From Candidatus Pyrohabitans jungbluthii (GTDB lineage Archaea > Hydrothermarchaeota > Hydrothermarchaeia > Hydrothermarchaeales > BMS3B), in the NCBI GenBank assembly GCA_002010065.2, contig MTMD02000002.1:384001-448000 (forward strand): DNA of 64,000 nucleotides. The letters run 5' to 3'. Below, in pieces: positions 1 to 10,148 of the stretch. Position 1 is the stretch's first letter, and every line of letters starts with the position of its first letter. A program made the position numbers and the translations under genes. The notes below the pieces were generated by a model. The model had not been told where the DNA came from. It saw only the letters and a program-made list of their open reading frames with translations, and made no database searches.

Positions 1-1040
1 TTCTTCATCCTCTCCGTCTCAAAGCCGGAGATGTACCCCCTCTCAGAAGCGAGCTTCATGCAGTACTCAACTTCTCCCTCCCTGTCCTCCGGCACGAGCA
101 CAGAGATGTGCTTCCCTATTATCTCCTCCTCGGAGTAGCCGAAGAGTCTCTCTGCATAGGCGTTCCAGTAGGTTATCCTGCCTTCAAGGTCAATGCAACA
201 TATAGCCTCGGAGACGTTCTCCAGGATGCTCGCTAGCATCTTCAGTTTTTCCTGCGCCCTCTTGATGTCTGTAATGTCTATGAGATTCCCCTGCACCGCT
301 GGCTTGCCCTTGTATATTATTGGCACAGAGTAAACTAGGGCATCGCGCACCTCGCCATCCTTGCGCAACCCTTTGAACTCGAAGCGTGCAGCACCCGCCT
401 CGCCGCGCTGCCTCTTAAGGGACCCCTCGATTACATGGCTGCTCTCCGGTGCTATTAACCTGCGGAAATCCATGCCGATAAGCTCTTCCTTAGAGTAGCC
501 GGTTATCTCGCACAGCTTCTGGTTGACGAACTTGTAAACACCATCCTGGATTATGTATATGCCGGTGTGGGAGTTCTCCACCAGTGAGCGATACTTCTCT
601 TCACTCTCGCGTAGTGCCTCCTCGGCGCGCTTCCGCTGGGTGATGTCTCGCATTATTACCTGTATCCCCACCACTTTACCAGCTTTGATGATAGGTCTCC
701 CTCTAGCCTCAACCCAGAATGTCTCGCCCTTCGCATCCACAACCTGGTACTCCTCGAAGCTCTCTGGTGACATCTTTGTTTCCAATATTTGGGCTATTCT
801 CTCCCTGAGCTTCTGGTGAAAGCTGGGGTGGATAAACTCCTCTACCCGCCTCCCCACAATCTTATCTCTGCTCAGCCCTATCCTTTCCTCAACGGCGCGG
901 TTTACCTCCTCTATAACCCCCTCCATGTTAAAAACAAGGATTAAATCATTTGCATTCTCAAATAAATCCCTGTACTTCTGCTCAGATTCTCTAAGTTTTT
1001 CGATGAGCTTTTTCAACTCCTGGCTATCCTCGCAAGCCAT
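1..1040 (-). CDS. Multi-PAS (PAS S-box) sensor protein, 3' end runs off the window (likely histidine kinase or similar)
   Basis: Not in the ORF track. Manual translation from ATG 1040: MACEDSQELKKLIEKLRESEQKYRDLFENANDLI...RDITQRKRAEEALRESEEKYRSLVENS...ITGYSKEELIG...DITDIKRAQ...YWNAYAERLFGYSEEEIIG, giving three tandem PAS/PAC repeats. Confidence 0.9.
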   Translation of the reverse strand, partial: MACEDSQELKKLIEKLRESEQKYRDLFENANDLILVFNMEGVIEEVNRAVEERIGLSRDKIVGRRVEEFIHPSFHQKLRERIAQILETKMSPESFEEYQVVDAKGETFWVEARGRPIIKAGKVVGIQVIMRDITQRKRAEEALRESEEKYRSLVENSHTGIYIIQDGVYKFVNQKLCEITGYSKEELIGMDFRRLIAPESSHVIEGSLKRQRGEAGAARFEFKGLRKDGEVRDALVYSVPIIYKGKPAVQGNLIDITDIKRAQEKLKMLASILENVSEAICCIDLEGRITYWNAYAERLFGYSEEEIIGKHISVLVPEDREGEVEYCMKLASERGYISGFETERMK

Positions 1041-1061
1041 CGCCCACGCCTATCCAAAAAT

Positions 1062-1643
1062 TTACCTCTCAAGCTTTTTAAATATTAAGTAGTAAAGGCA
1101 CAGGAAGGCAGCGAGGGCGAACACCACGGGGAGGCGCATTTCAAGAGGCATGCCTACACCACCCGGATGAAGCTGCCACGTATCGAGGCTTCGCATGCGC
1201 AGGTATAACGCCAAGTTAACCGCTATGAGGAGCGCAGAAACAGAGGCAAGAAGTCTGCGCTCCTTGAGCGAGTGTAGGAGTAGTAAAAGCAGGAGCATCC
1301 CGTAGCTAAGCGCAAGGAAATAGAAGCGTGGCTCGCTTACAATGAAAGCGCCCCAGGTGGCGCGTTCAAAGAAGTAGATGACCACCAAGTTAGCCAGAGC
1401 GAAGGGTAGTGCGGTTACCGCAAACTTAAAAGAGATTCCTATATACCTCTCCTCTCTTGCGGAGAAAATCCCCAGCAGGGCAGAGATATAAAGAGAGCCC
1501 AGGGAGATGTAAAGCAGAGGCAGGTGCAGGTAGAGCAGTTTGTAGCTCCCTCCCAGGAACTCCTCCTCGGGAGCGAGGTACGCAAGTACAGCTGCTATAC
1601 TCGCGAAAGCAAAGAATGCCACGACACATCGCCTTTCAGCCAT
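1062..1643 (-). CDS. Cytochrome c biogenesis CcmC/CcsA-like membrane protein (divergent)
   Basis: Multi-TM protein with LYLHLP, TWGAF..EPR and a C-terminal LHP, matching the CcmC layout. The Trp-rich motif is degenerate. Confidence 0.65.
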   Translation of the reverse strand: MAERRCVVAFFAFASIAAVLAYLAPEEEFLGGSYKLLYLHLPLLYISLGSLYISALLGIFSAREERYIGISFKFAVTALPFALANLVVIYFFERATWGAFIVSEPRFYFLALSYGMLLLLLLLHSLKERRLLASVSALLIAVNLALYLRMRSLDTWQLHPGGVGMPLEMRLPVVFALAAFLCLYYLIFKKLER

Positions 1644-2751
1644 GCTTAGCCCTCTTGAAGTTTTGCTTGAATTCCTTCAAAAATTCGGCGAACTCGCCCG
1701 CGGCTATCGCCTTTCTCGCTTCGCGCATCAAAGCCTGCATGAAGTGGAGGTTGTGCAGCGTTACCAGGCGCATTCCCAGAGTCTCGCCTGCTCGCATGAG
1801 GTGGCTCACGTAGGCTCTGGTATAGTTGCGGCAGGTGTAGCAGGTGCAGCCCTCTTCAAGCGGCGCAAAGCTGCGCAGGTGCTTTGCCTTGGTGATGCTG
1901 TATTTCCCAGCATGCGTGTAGACTGCACTGTGCCTTGCATTTCGGGTGGGAAATGCGGAGTCGAATATATCCACACCCCGCGCTATAGCTTCGAGCACCT
2001 CAATAGGCGAGCCCAGACCCATGAGATACCGCGGCTTTTCCTCCGGCAGGGCGGAGATGCTCACCTCAAGCATCTCGAGCATTACATCATGAGGTTCGCC
2101 TATGCTAAGCCCGCCTATGCCGTAGCCGTCAAACTCAAGCGCTGCAAGCTGTGCAGCGCTCTCCCGGCGAAGGTCTGCGAAGGTTCCGCCCTGCGCAATT
2201 GCAAAGAGCAGCTGGTCATCGCAGGTGTGCGCAGCTTTGCACGCCCTCGCCCACCGCGTTGTCCTTGCGACGCTCTCTACGTATCGCTCCTTTGCCTCGC
2301 CATATGGCGGGCAGTCGTCCAGCGTCATTGCTATATCGCTCCCAAGAGCTTCCTGCACCGCCACGCAAAGCTCTGGTGTGAACACGTGCCTCGAGTTGTC
2401 AAAGGGGGAGCGAAAGGCTATCCCTCGCTTTGTGAACTCAGGCTTAAACTCTCGGCGCAGGGCTTGGAAGCCTCCTGAGTCGGTGAAGATTACGCGCGGG
2501 AAGTTCATAAATTTGTGAAGCCCTCCAGCGGCGGAGATAACCTCGACGCCAGGCTTGAGGTAGAGCAGCAGCGCGTTGGAAATTATCGCCTCCACGCCGA
2601 GACCGAGGAGCTCTTCGCTTGCTAAGGTTTTGACGCTCGCCTTCGTCGCTACGGGCATGAAGCAAGGTGTAGCTACCACGCCATGCGCTGTGCGCAGCTT
2701 TCCTACCCTTGCCTTTGTGGCTATGTCCTCGCAGGAGATGGAAAAAACCAT
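1636..2751 (-). CDS. tgt: tRNA-guanine transglycosylase, bacterial (queuosine) type
   Basis: Motifs [46 protein letters not shown], Zn site CTCYTC...HN; no PUA domain. Start moved to ATG 2751 (MVFSI). Confidence 0.9.
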   Translation of the reverse strand: MVFSISCEDIATKARVGKLRTAHGVVATPCFMPVATKASVKTLASEELLGLGVEAIISNALLLYLKPGVEVISAAGGLHKFMNFPRVIFTDSGGFQALRREFKPEFTKRGIAFRSPFDNSRHVFTPELCVAVQEALGSDIAMTLDDCPPYGEAKERYVESVARTTRWARACKAAHTCDDQLLFAIAQGGTFADLRRESAAQLAALEFDGYGIGGLSIGEPHDVMLEMLEVSISALPEEKPRYLMGLGSPIEVLEAIARGVDIFDSAFPTRNARHSAVYTHAGKYSITKAKHLRSFAPLEEGCTCYTCRNYTRAYVSHLMRAGETLGMRLVTLHNLHFMQALMREARKAIAAGEFAEFLKEFKQNFKRAKHG

Positions 2752-2803
2752 GGTATTTAATTTTGCAGAGGATATAAAAAGTTGCTTAGCAGGAGGCATG
2801 GTT

Positions 2804-3979
2804 ATGAAGGCTGTTCTTGCATATTCCGGCGGGCTCGATACAAGCGTTTGTGTGAAGCTGCTTCAGGAGAAGTACGGCTGCGAGGTTATTACTGTTACTG
2901 TGGATGTAGGTTTAGACCAGGAGGAGCTGCATGAGGTTGAGGAAAAAGCCCGCTCACTGGGCGTGGTGGAGCACTATACCATAGATGCGAGGGAGGAGTT
3001 TGCCCGCGATTATATCTTCAGGGCGATAAAGGCAAACGCTAACTACGAAGGCTACCCGTTAAGTACAGCATTAGCTAGGCCCCTTATTGCTGAGAAGGTG
3101 GTGGAAATAGCGAAGCGCGAGGGCGCCGAGGCGTTAGCGCATGGCGCCACCGGCAAGGGCAATGATCAGTTCCGCTTTGAGGCGGTTTTCAGAACCCTCG
3201 CGCCCGAGAAGAGGATAATCGCTCCCATTCGCGAGTTTAACCTCACCCGTAAGGAAAGCATCTCCTACGCAAAGAAGCACGGCATCGCTATACCTGTGGA
3301 CGTGGACAAACCCTACAGCATAGACGAGAACCTGTGGGGCAGGAGCATCGAAGGGGGCGCTCTGGAAGACCCCTCTTTCATACCCCCGGAGGAGATCTAC
3401 GAGTGGACAAAACTGCGCAGGCATGAGCCCGAGCTGGTTGATGTGGAGTTCGCTCAAGGCACGCCGGTGAAGCTGAATGGCAAAGCTCTGCCCCCGGTAG
3501 AGCTTATCATGGAGGCGAACCGCCTCGCTGGCGAGCACGGCGTTGGCAGGATAGACATGATAGAAGATAGAATCCTCGGCTTAAAGGCGAGAGAGAACTA
3601 CGAGTGCCCGGCGGCGGCACTTCTGATCACAGCCCATAAAGCGCTTGAGTCTCTGGTTTTAACCCGTCGGGAGCTTGCGTTTAAGGCGCAGGTGGAAGCG
3701 AAGTGGAGCGAACTGGTTTACTTCGGGCTATGGAATGAACCTCTGCGCCTAGCCCTTGACGCCTTCATCGAGGCAACGCAAGAGCGGGTCTCAGGAAAGG
3801 TGAAGGTAAAGATGCACAACGGCAGCTGCGCCGTGGTTGCAAGGGAGTCTGAGAACGCCCTCTACTCCCTTGAGGCGGTCTCCTTCGACGACAAGAGCAT
3901 AGACCAGCGAAGCGTTGAAGGGATGCTGCGCTACCACTCCCTTCAGGCGGAGATGTACTGGAGGTTACCCAGAGAGTAG
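2804..3979 (+). CDS. argG: Argininosuccinate synthase
   Basis: [41 protein letters not shown]; AGGAGG RBS at 2791-2796 supports ATG 2804. Confidence 0.97.
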   Translation: MKAVLAYSGGLDTSVCVKLLQEKYGCEVITVTVDVGLDQEELHEVEEKARSLGVVEHYTIDAREEFARDYIFRAIKANANYEGYPLSTALARPLIAEKVVEIAKREGAEALAHGATGKGNDQFRFEAVFRTLAPEKRIIAPIREFNLTRKESISYAKKHGIAIPVDVDKPYSIDENLWGRSIEGGALEDPSFIPPEEIYEWTKLRRHEPELVDVEFAQGTPVKLNGKALPPVELIMEANRLAGEHGVGRIDMIEDRILGLKARENYECPAAALLITAHKALESLVLTRRELAFKAQVEAKWSELVYFGLWNEPLRLALDAFIEATQERVSGKVKVKMHNGSCAVVARESENALYSLEAVSFDDKSIDQRSVEGMLRYHSLQAEMYWRLPRE

Positions 3980-3999
3980 CTCTGGATGACAAAGAAGCG

Positions 4000-5052
4000 C
4001 TAACCCTCGCCTTTAACGAAGATACGAATAAACCCAAGAGCAGCGAATATAATCACCGGCCCAAGCAAAATGCCCTTCGCGCCAAGGCTTGCGGTGCCCG
4101 CGATAAAGCCCACGAGGAGAGGCACCACAGACATCCTGCCGGAGAAGCTCGCAACCACAGGGCGGATCACTATATCTGGCAGCACACTAAGGAGCGCAGC
4201 GCAGGTGATGAAGAAGAAGGCCGCCTTGGTCGCGCCATGAGCAAAGTAGAGGTAGCCTGTCATTGGGAGGTACACCATCCATCCGCCCACGATGGGTATC
4301 AAGGTTAGCACACCCGTTAGAGCGCTGAGCAAGCCTGCGAAGGGAAGGGCGAAGGCAGAGTAAACACCGTAGGAGAGCAAACCCGTGAAGAGCGCCGTGA
4401 GAAAGATGCTGTAAACTATCTGCCTGAGCAGGGCATCGAGATATCTGAAGTAAGCAACTATGCGGGCGTCAGCGATGCTGGATGCAAAGCTCTTAATACC
4501 CTCTGCTTTTGCCACGAGGTAGAGAGCTATCAATGCTCCAAGAAAGAACTGGAAGAATGCTCCACCCAGAGCCTTGAAAAGGCCCAGCACGCCCCCAAAG
4601 ACAGCTTGGAGCAGGATTTCGTAGCCCTTGACGCTGGTGAGCAGCTGGGGAATGTCCTTCAGGCTGAGCTTTGCGAGGCTTTCCAATTCCTGCTGAAGCA
4701 CTGCGATGTACCCCTGGGCATTTATACCAACCACCGCTAGTGCCTCCCTCGCCTCCGGTGTGCTCAGCAGGGAGAGCATCTCCACTGCAACCCTGTATAT
4801 TACGTAGAAAAAGAAGATGAATCCTGGAAGGAGCACGAAGATGATTGTGAGCAGCATCGCCAGCCACCTGCGCTTAACCAGCGCTTCAAGGCGTGCCTCT
4901 ATGGGGTAAAGGAGGTAAAATACCACCAGGGAGATGGTCAGCGCAGGATAAATTGGTTTGAGCACGTAGAGCAGAAGCAGAAAGCCGAGGAGGATAAAAC
5001 CTGCGAGAAGGATTCCCTTCACCTGCCTCTGGGTCAGAGCTTCTCCAGCCAC
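4000..5052 (-). CDS. AI-2E family transporter (PerM-like)
   Basis: About 8 TM helices; LIPIVGG, DIVIRP and G..GILLGP motifs. Confidence 0.85.
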   Translation of the reverse strand: MAGEALTQRQVKGILLAGFILLGFLLLLYVLKPIYPALTISLVVFYLLYPIEARLEALVKRRWLAMLLTIIFVLLPGFIFFFYVIYRVAVEMLSLLSTPEAREALAVVGINAQGYIAVLQQELESLAKLSLKDIPQLLTSVKGYEILLQAVFGGVLGLFKALGGAFFQFFLGALIALYLVAKAEGIKSFASSIADARIVAYFRYLDALLRQIVYSIFLTALFTGLLSYGVYSAFALPFAGLLSALTGVLTLIPIVGGWMVYLPMTGYLYFAHGATKAAFFFITCAALLSVLPDIVIRPVVASFSGRMSVVPLLVGFIAGTASLGAKGILLGPVIIFAALGFIRIFVKGEG

Positions 5053-5234
5053 TCCTCCACAGCCTCCATTGTCTGGTTGAGGATCATCTCTGTGCTGTTC
5101 ATGAACGCCATACCTGCACTCTTCACAATCTCCGTATATGTCCAGAGTACGACAATTACAATAACAATTATTCCCCCTAGGATAAGTATGTACTCCAGGG
5201 ATGCCTGAGCATCTCTTTCTTCAAGCGGATTCAT
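5034..5234 (-). CDS. Small class III signal peptide (type IV pilin-like) protein
   Basis: RDAQASLEYILILGGIIVIV matches the prepilin cleavage motif (A/G|Q..LE) followed by a hydrophobic helix. Confidence 0.75.
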   Translation of the reverse strand: MNPLEERDAQASLEYILILGGIIVIVIVVLWTYTEIVKSAGMAFMNSTEMILNQTMEAVEEWLEKL

Positions 5235-5329
5235 ATGAAACAATAAGATTATTTAAAGTCTCTTTAAAAAAGCTTTCTGAGTTTATTATTGCAAACAATA
5301 TTTTTCCTTTCTGCAACGACTGGTACATA

Positions 5330-6211
5330 TTAATCCAATCCCACCTCTATATTTAAAAACCCCCTTATAAGGAACCCTATACTAAACGTGAGAGCTGCTA
5401 TTCCAAGGCTAATTAGTGCCATTTCGAAAAATCTTTTCCTGAATGAGATATCTCTTGCGACAGAGATATAAAATGTGAAAATGAAGATGACTAAGATTGC
5501 ATTAAAAATTGTTATGCTCAGGCAGAAGTATAAGTTTGTGAAAATCAGATATGGGAGGATTAAGAATAAAACCGTCAGCACGTAGGTGATGCCGGTATAA
5601 ACCGCCGCCTTAAATGGATTCTGGGCACCGCCTTCAGATTTTACTGACAGGTACTCGGATGCAGCCATTGAGAGGCTTGCGGCTATGCCAGTGATTAGAC
5701 CTGTTACTGCTATAAGTTGTGTATTTTGAAGAGCAAAGGTAAACCCTGCGAGGGCGCCGGTGAGTTCCACCAGGGCGTCGTTAAGGCCAAGAACCATGGA
5801 GCCGATGTATCTCAGCCGCTCCTCATCTATCAGATTTATGAGCTGCCTTTCATGCTCATTTTCATCCTTAATTACGCTCTGCGCCTCCGGCAGAGACTTG
5901 GAGATTTCTTCGTATGTGAGCTGCGCCTGCTTTTCTCCCCTCTCCAGCAGCTTTATCCCAAATGTTATTCCGAATATTTTTGAAATTAAAAAGTACTTCC
6001 AAATCTTCAATTTGTCAGGATTTACATCCATGCGAGTGTGTCTTTTCCAGAAATTATAGTGTTTAAGTTCATCCTGTGATATTCGCTGTAAAATATTTCT
6101 ATTATGAGGGTCTTTTACCGATTGGGATAGTTTTTTATATATAAAATGCTCTGTGATTTCGTTCTTCTGAACCGTCAGCAATTTTTCCCTGTCTGGTGAC
6201 CCTGCCTTCAT
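5330..6211 (-). CDS. VIT1/CCC1 family iron transporter with N-terminal ferritin/rubrerythrin-like domain
   Basis: E..EH, DELKH and DENEH diiron motifs; VLGLNDALVE and ASLSMAASEYLS. More AT-rich than its neighbours. Confidence 0.9.
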   Translation of the reverse strand: MKAGSPDREKLLTVQKNEITEHFIYKKLSQSVKDPHNRNILQRISQDELKHYNFWKRHTRMDVNPDKLKIWKYFLISKIFGITFGIKLLERGEKQAQLTYEEISKSLPEAQSVIKDENEHERQLINLIDEERLRYIGSMVLGLNDALVELTGALAGFTFALQNTQLIAVTGLITGIAASLSMAASEYLSVKSEGGAQNPFKAAVYTGITYVLTVLFLILPYLIFTNLYFCLSITIFNAILVIFIFTFYISVARDISFRKRFFEMALISLGIAALTFSIGFLIRGFLNIEVGLD

Positions 6212-6271
6212 GCTAAGACCATATTAGCTGCCTGATATTTAACTTCTGTTGTTATCTTACCGGCTTTTTAT

Positions 6272-6535
6272 ATGAGGCTGAAAGGCATCGCCTGCATCTC
6301 CGGGATGTGCAGCGGTGCGACGAGCAGGGTTAAAATTTACTTTGAGGAGAGGGGTAAAACATTCTACTGGGATGAGCTTTTCCCGCGCAGAGTGAAGCGC
6401 TCACCTACGGGGGAGGTTGAGGAGGCTGATGTTAAAAAGGTAATTTCGACGCTGAAGCGCGAGCTTTCAAGGCGCCGCTTCACCAGCGAGGCGTACTACC
6501 TGCGCAAGGCGCTTCATGCACTTACGGGGAGGTAG
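6272..6535 (+). CDS. Hypothetical protein
   Basis: 87-aa ORF filling the intergenic space with host-like codon usage. Confidence 0.55.
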   Translation: MRLKGIACISGMCSGATSRVKIYFEERGKTFYWDELFPRRVKRSPTGEVEEADVKKVISTLKRELSRRRFTSEAYYLRKALHALTGR

Positions 6536-6589
6536 CCAAGAAAAGTATTTATACCACCAACCCCAGTCTTAAAAATTGGAGGTAGTAAT

Positions 6590-6718
6590 ATGGGACAGTA
6601 TTACCACTGTGCAAGGTGTAACAGCATCTTTGAGCACACCGAGGGTGCCTGGGCCAAGTGCCTGAGCTGCGGAGCTATGGCGGTGACCCAGGTAGAGGTC
6701 ACCGGTAGGCACGGCTAA
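6590..6718 (+). CDS. 42-aa Zn-ribbon microprotein (CxxC...CxxC)
   Basis: GGAGGT RBS at about 6578-6583, then MGQYYHCARCNSIFEHTEGAWAKCLSCGAMAVTQVEVTGRHG*, then a T-rich tract. Below the ORF track cutoff. Confidence 0.75.
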   Translation: MGQYYHCARCNSIFEHTEGAWAKCLSCGAMAVTQVEVTGRHG

Positions 6719-6730
6719 ACCTTTCACCCT

Positions 6731-6744
6731 CTTTTTTATTTTTG
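6731..6744 (+). terminator. Oligo-T archaeal terminator after the Zn-ribbon ORF
   Basis: cttttttatttttg just downstream of the TAA at 6718. Confidence 0.45.
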
Positions 6745-6813
6745 TGTTACACCATACGTAACAAAAGGTTTATATTGTACTGGGGGTATTCTCTATTTGC
6801 TGTGTGATGTGAC

Positions 6814-7251
6814 ATGACAGTAACGCTTTCCAGGATTGAGGAGGTGTTTGAGAGGCTTGTTGAGGAGATTGGCGGCAGGGTGGTTGCTTCTCCAGAGCCG
6901 GGGAAGTATCTGAAAGAGCTGAGAGAGGGTGCTGGAGTAACCCAGGAGGAGCTTGCTAGGCTCCTCGGCCTGCGCAGAGAGAGCATCTCCAGAATAGAGA
7001 ACGGCACAATAACGCCTACGCTGAGCTATGTGCGCAGGTTTGCCCGGGTGATAGCGGCGCTGAAGATAGTGCGCGAGCTTTTGGCTCAGGAAGAGGCGTC
7101 GATGCTCGCAGGGCAGCGTAGTGCAAGCTTTTCACTACGCCTTCTCAGGCTGTGCTTGGACTTCTCTGCGCAGGAGCTTAAGCAGATCTCTGAGCTTGGG
7201 GTTAGGGGTTATCAACGCACAAAGAAAAAAGCGCTAAGGAGGATAAAATGA
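6814..7251 (+). CDS. XRE-family HTH transcriptional regulator
   Basis: LKELREGAGVTQEELARLLGLRRESISRIENG; stop overlaps the ppsA start. Confidence 0.85.
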   Translation: MTVTLSRIEEVFERLVEEIGGRVVASPEPGKYLKELREGAGVTQEELARLLGLRRESISRIENGTITPTLSYVRRFARVIAALKIVRELLAQEEASMLAGQRSASFSLRLLRLCLDFSAQELKQISELGVRGYQRTKKKALRRIK

Positions 7252-9518
7252 TGAACATAGCATGGTTTGAAGACCTGGGTAAGGACGACGTAGGTATCGC
7301 CGGTGGTAAAGGCGCAAACCTCGGTGAGCTTGTGAGAGCGGGCTTACCTGTGCCGCCTGGCTTTGTTGTGACTGCGCAGGCGTACTCCTACTTCTTAAAG
7401 GAGAGTGGCCTCGCTGATAAGATAATGGAGATTCTGCGCAGCACCGACGTGGACAACAATGAGGAGCTTACAAAGGCTTCGCAGGAGATACGCGAGCTGA
7501 TAACCTCCTCGCCAATGCCAGAAGCTCTGGCAAAGGAGATACTTGAGAGCTACCGCAAGCTATCGCAGAGGGTGGGCAAAGAGGAGGAGTTCGTCGCCGT
7601 GAGAAGCTCTGCCACGGCTGAAGATTTACCGGGGGCGAGCTTCGCGGGGCAGCAGGAGACCTTTCTAAACGTAAAGGGCGACGAGGTAATAGAGTACGTG
7701 CGCCGGTGCTGGAGTTCGCTGTTCACCCCCCGCGCCATCTTCTACCGTGAGAAAAAGGGCTTCGCCCACGAGCGCGTCGCTATAGCCGTCGTAGTTCAGA
7801 AGATGGTCAACGCAGACAAGGCTGGGGTTATGTTTTCTGTTCATCCCGCAACGGGGGAGAAGGACAAGATTGTGATAGAGGCTGCGTGGGGGCTTGGCGA
7901 GGGTGTGGTCTCGGGCACAGTTACGCCGGACCACTACGTGGTTGACAAGGCAAGCAATAAGCTCCTGCACAAGGAGATTGCAGTGAAGGAGATAATGTTC
8001 ACTAAGGATGAGAAGACGGGCAAGACGGTTAAGGTCAAGCTCTCGCCGGAGCGCGCCAAGGCACAGGTGCTTACCGAGGAAGAGCTTGCCCAGCTTGCTG
8101 AGCTCGGGAAGCGGGTGGAGGAGCACTTCGGCTCACCTCAAGATATTGAGTGGGCGTATGAAGCGGGAGAGCTTTACCTACTGCAGTCGAGGCCCATAAC
8201 TGTGCTCTACGAAAAGGAGGCTGAGGAAGAGGAAGTAAGCGAAGCCAAGGAAGTGCTCGTTAAGGGCCTAGCCGCTAGCCCCGGAATAGGCTCCGGTAAG
8301 GTTAAGGTGATATTCAGCGTGGATGAGCTGGACAAGATAAAGGAGGGCGACGTGCTTGTCACGACAATGACAAACCCGGACATGGTGCCTGCGATGAAGC
8401 GCGCCTCTGCCATAGTCACAGACGAGGGTGGGATGACCTGCCATGCCGCGATCGTCTCGAGAGAGCTTGGCATACCCTGCGTCGTGGGCACAGGTGAGGC
8501 AACAAAGGTGCTTCAGGACGGCATGGAGGTAACCGTCGATGGTACAAGGGGCGTAGTCTACCGCGGGCTAACAAAGGTTAAGGAGGAGAAGCGCGAAGAG
8601 GCTGCGATTGTAGCTACGCCAAAGATTATAACCGCCACTGAAGTAAAGGTGAACATCAGCATACCCGAAGTCGCGCCTAGGGTTGCGCCTATCGCGGACG
8701 GCGTGGGCTTGTTACGCGTGGAGCACCTTATTTTAGGCATAGGGAAGCATCCCATGAAGTTCATCCGCGAGGGCCGGGAGGAGGAGTTGATAGAGAAGAT
8801 TGCAGAGGGTGTGCGCAAGGTGGCGCAGCCCTTCTACCCAAAGCCGGTGTGGTACCGCACCCTCGACGCGCCCACTGACGAATTCCGTGGCTTGGAGGGC
8901 GGCGAAGACGAGCCGGTGGAGCACAACCCCATGCTGGGCTGGCGGGGTGTTCGCCGCGCCATAGACCAGCCGGAGCTTCTTCGGGCTGAGTTTAAGGCGA
9001 TTAAGAAGCTCGTAGACGAGGGCTACAACAACATCGGTGTTATGATACCCCTGGTGCAGCACCCTGAGGAGCTTCGCAGAGCAAAGGAGATCGCCCGCGA
9101 AGTGGGACTTGAGCCCCACCGCGACGTCAAGTTCGGTATAATGGTGGAGATACCTGCAGCGGCGCTTATAATCGAGGAGTTCATCCGCGAGGGCATAGAC
9201 TTCATAAGCTTCGGCACCAACGACCTTACACAGTACACCTTGGCAGTGGATAGAAACAACGAACGCGTGGCGAAGCTCTACACCGAGAAGCACCCCGCTG
9301 TGATGAAGCTCATAGAAATGGTGATCAAAGCGTGCCGCAAGGCTGGCGTCGAGACCAGCATCTGCGGGCAGGCGGGCAGCGATCCAGAAGTGGCGAAGAA
9401 GCTGGTGGAGTTCGGCATCTCCAGCATCTCCGCCAACCCGGATGCGGTGCAGAGCATTCGCGAGATGGTAGCAAGGACAGAGATGAGGCTTCTGCTGGAC
9501 AAGGCACGGGAGGGGTAA
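7248..9518 (+). CDS. ppsA: Phosphoenolpyruvate synthase
   Basis: GGKGANLGEL, VRSSATAEDLPGASFAGQQET, phospho-His GGMTCHAAIVSRELG, SFGTNDLTQY. Confidence 0.97.
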   Translation: MMNIAWFEDLGKDDVGIAGGKGANLGELVRAGLPVPPGFVVTAQAYSYFLKESGLADKIMEILRSTDVDNNEELTKASQEIRELITSSPMPEALAKEILESYRKLSQRVGKEEEFVAVRSSATAEDLPGASFAGQQETFLNVKGDEVIEYVRRCWSSLFTPRAIFYREKKGFAHERVAIAVVVQKMVNADKAGVMFSVHPATGEKDKIVIEAAWGLGEGVVSGTVTPDHYVVDKASNKLLHKEIAVKEIMFTKDEKTGKTVKVKLSPERAKAQVLTEEELAQLAELGKRVEEHFGSPQDIEWAYEAGELYLLQSRPITVLYEKEAEEEEVSEAKEVLVKGLAASPGIGSGKVKVIFSVDELDKIKEGDVLVTTMTNPDMVPAMKRASAIVTDEGGMTCHAAIVSRELGIPCVVGTGEATKVLQDGMEVTVDGTRGVVYRGLTKVKEEKREEAAIVATPKIITATEVKVNISIPEVAPRVAPIADGVGLLRVEHLILGIGKHPMKFIREGREEELIEKIAEGVRKVAQPFYPKPVWYRTLDAPTDEFRGLEGGEDEPVEHNPMLGWRGVRRAIDQPELLRAEFKAIKKLVDEGYNNIGVMIPLVQHPEELRRAKEIAREVGLEPHRDVKFGIMVEIPAAALIIEEFIREGIDFISFGTNDLTQYTLAVDRNNERVAKLYTEKHPAVMKLIEMVIKACRKAGVETSICGQAGSDPEVAKKLVEFGISSISANPDAVQSIREMVARTEMRLLLDKAREG

Positions 9519-9557
9519 CCTCCCTATTTTTTAAATCTTTTTCCTCTGGCGAGGGAC

Positions 9558-10148
9558 ATGCATCGAATTTTCCCAGAGAGGCGGAGCTTCATCGAAGGCT
9601 TGGCGCTGCTCGCCCTCGGAAGCGTTGCAGGTAGCGTGTTCATAACCCTGCTCTACCTCGCACATCCCAAGGCGGCCCCCACTGTGGCTAAAGCCGCAAC
9701 ACAGGTGATTACCACAAAGGTGGAGGTGGTGAAGAGCGCCGGTCTTGGAATGGAGGCAGGCATTTTTTTAGCAAACGTGCTGGCGCTGAGCATAATCCTC
9801 CTGTTCCCCCCTTTTGCATATCGCGTTGAGAGGGACAAGAAGTTCGCCTATTCCACTGTGCCAAAGCTGATGATGGTGCTCATAGGCTTTGAGAGTATCG
9901 GCTTAACCTCACCGCCGCTCTTAGACCTCAAGCTCTACCTGCTCTTCCTCTTCTACCTCTTCCCCCATGGTATACTTGAGTTCAGCTCCATCGCTCTCGC
10001 ATACACCATAGCAAGAGAGGGAGGCTTTTCACGAAGCGCTGGAGCAAGAGCGCTCATTGCCTTTCTGCTTCTCATCCCAGCAGCTTATATAGAGGTGCAC
10101 ATCTCTCTGAGCTTCGCGCTGCAGGCGATGCAGGCGCTCTTCAGCTAG
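9558..10148 (+). CDS. SpoIIM (DUF95)-like membrane protein
   Basis: IFLAN, FPHGILEFSSI and AAYIE motifs. Confidence 0.75.
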   Translation: MHRIFPERRSFIEGLALLALGSVAGSVFITLLYLAHPKAAPTVAKAATQVITTKVEVVKSAGLGMEAGIFLANVLALSIILLFPPFAYRVERDKKFAYSTVPKLMMVLIGFESIGLTSPPLLDLKLYLLFLFYLFPHGILEFSSIALAYTIAREGGFSRSAGARALIAFLLLIPAAYIEVHISLSFALQAMQALFS

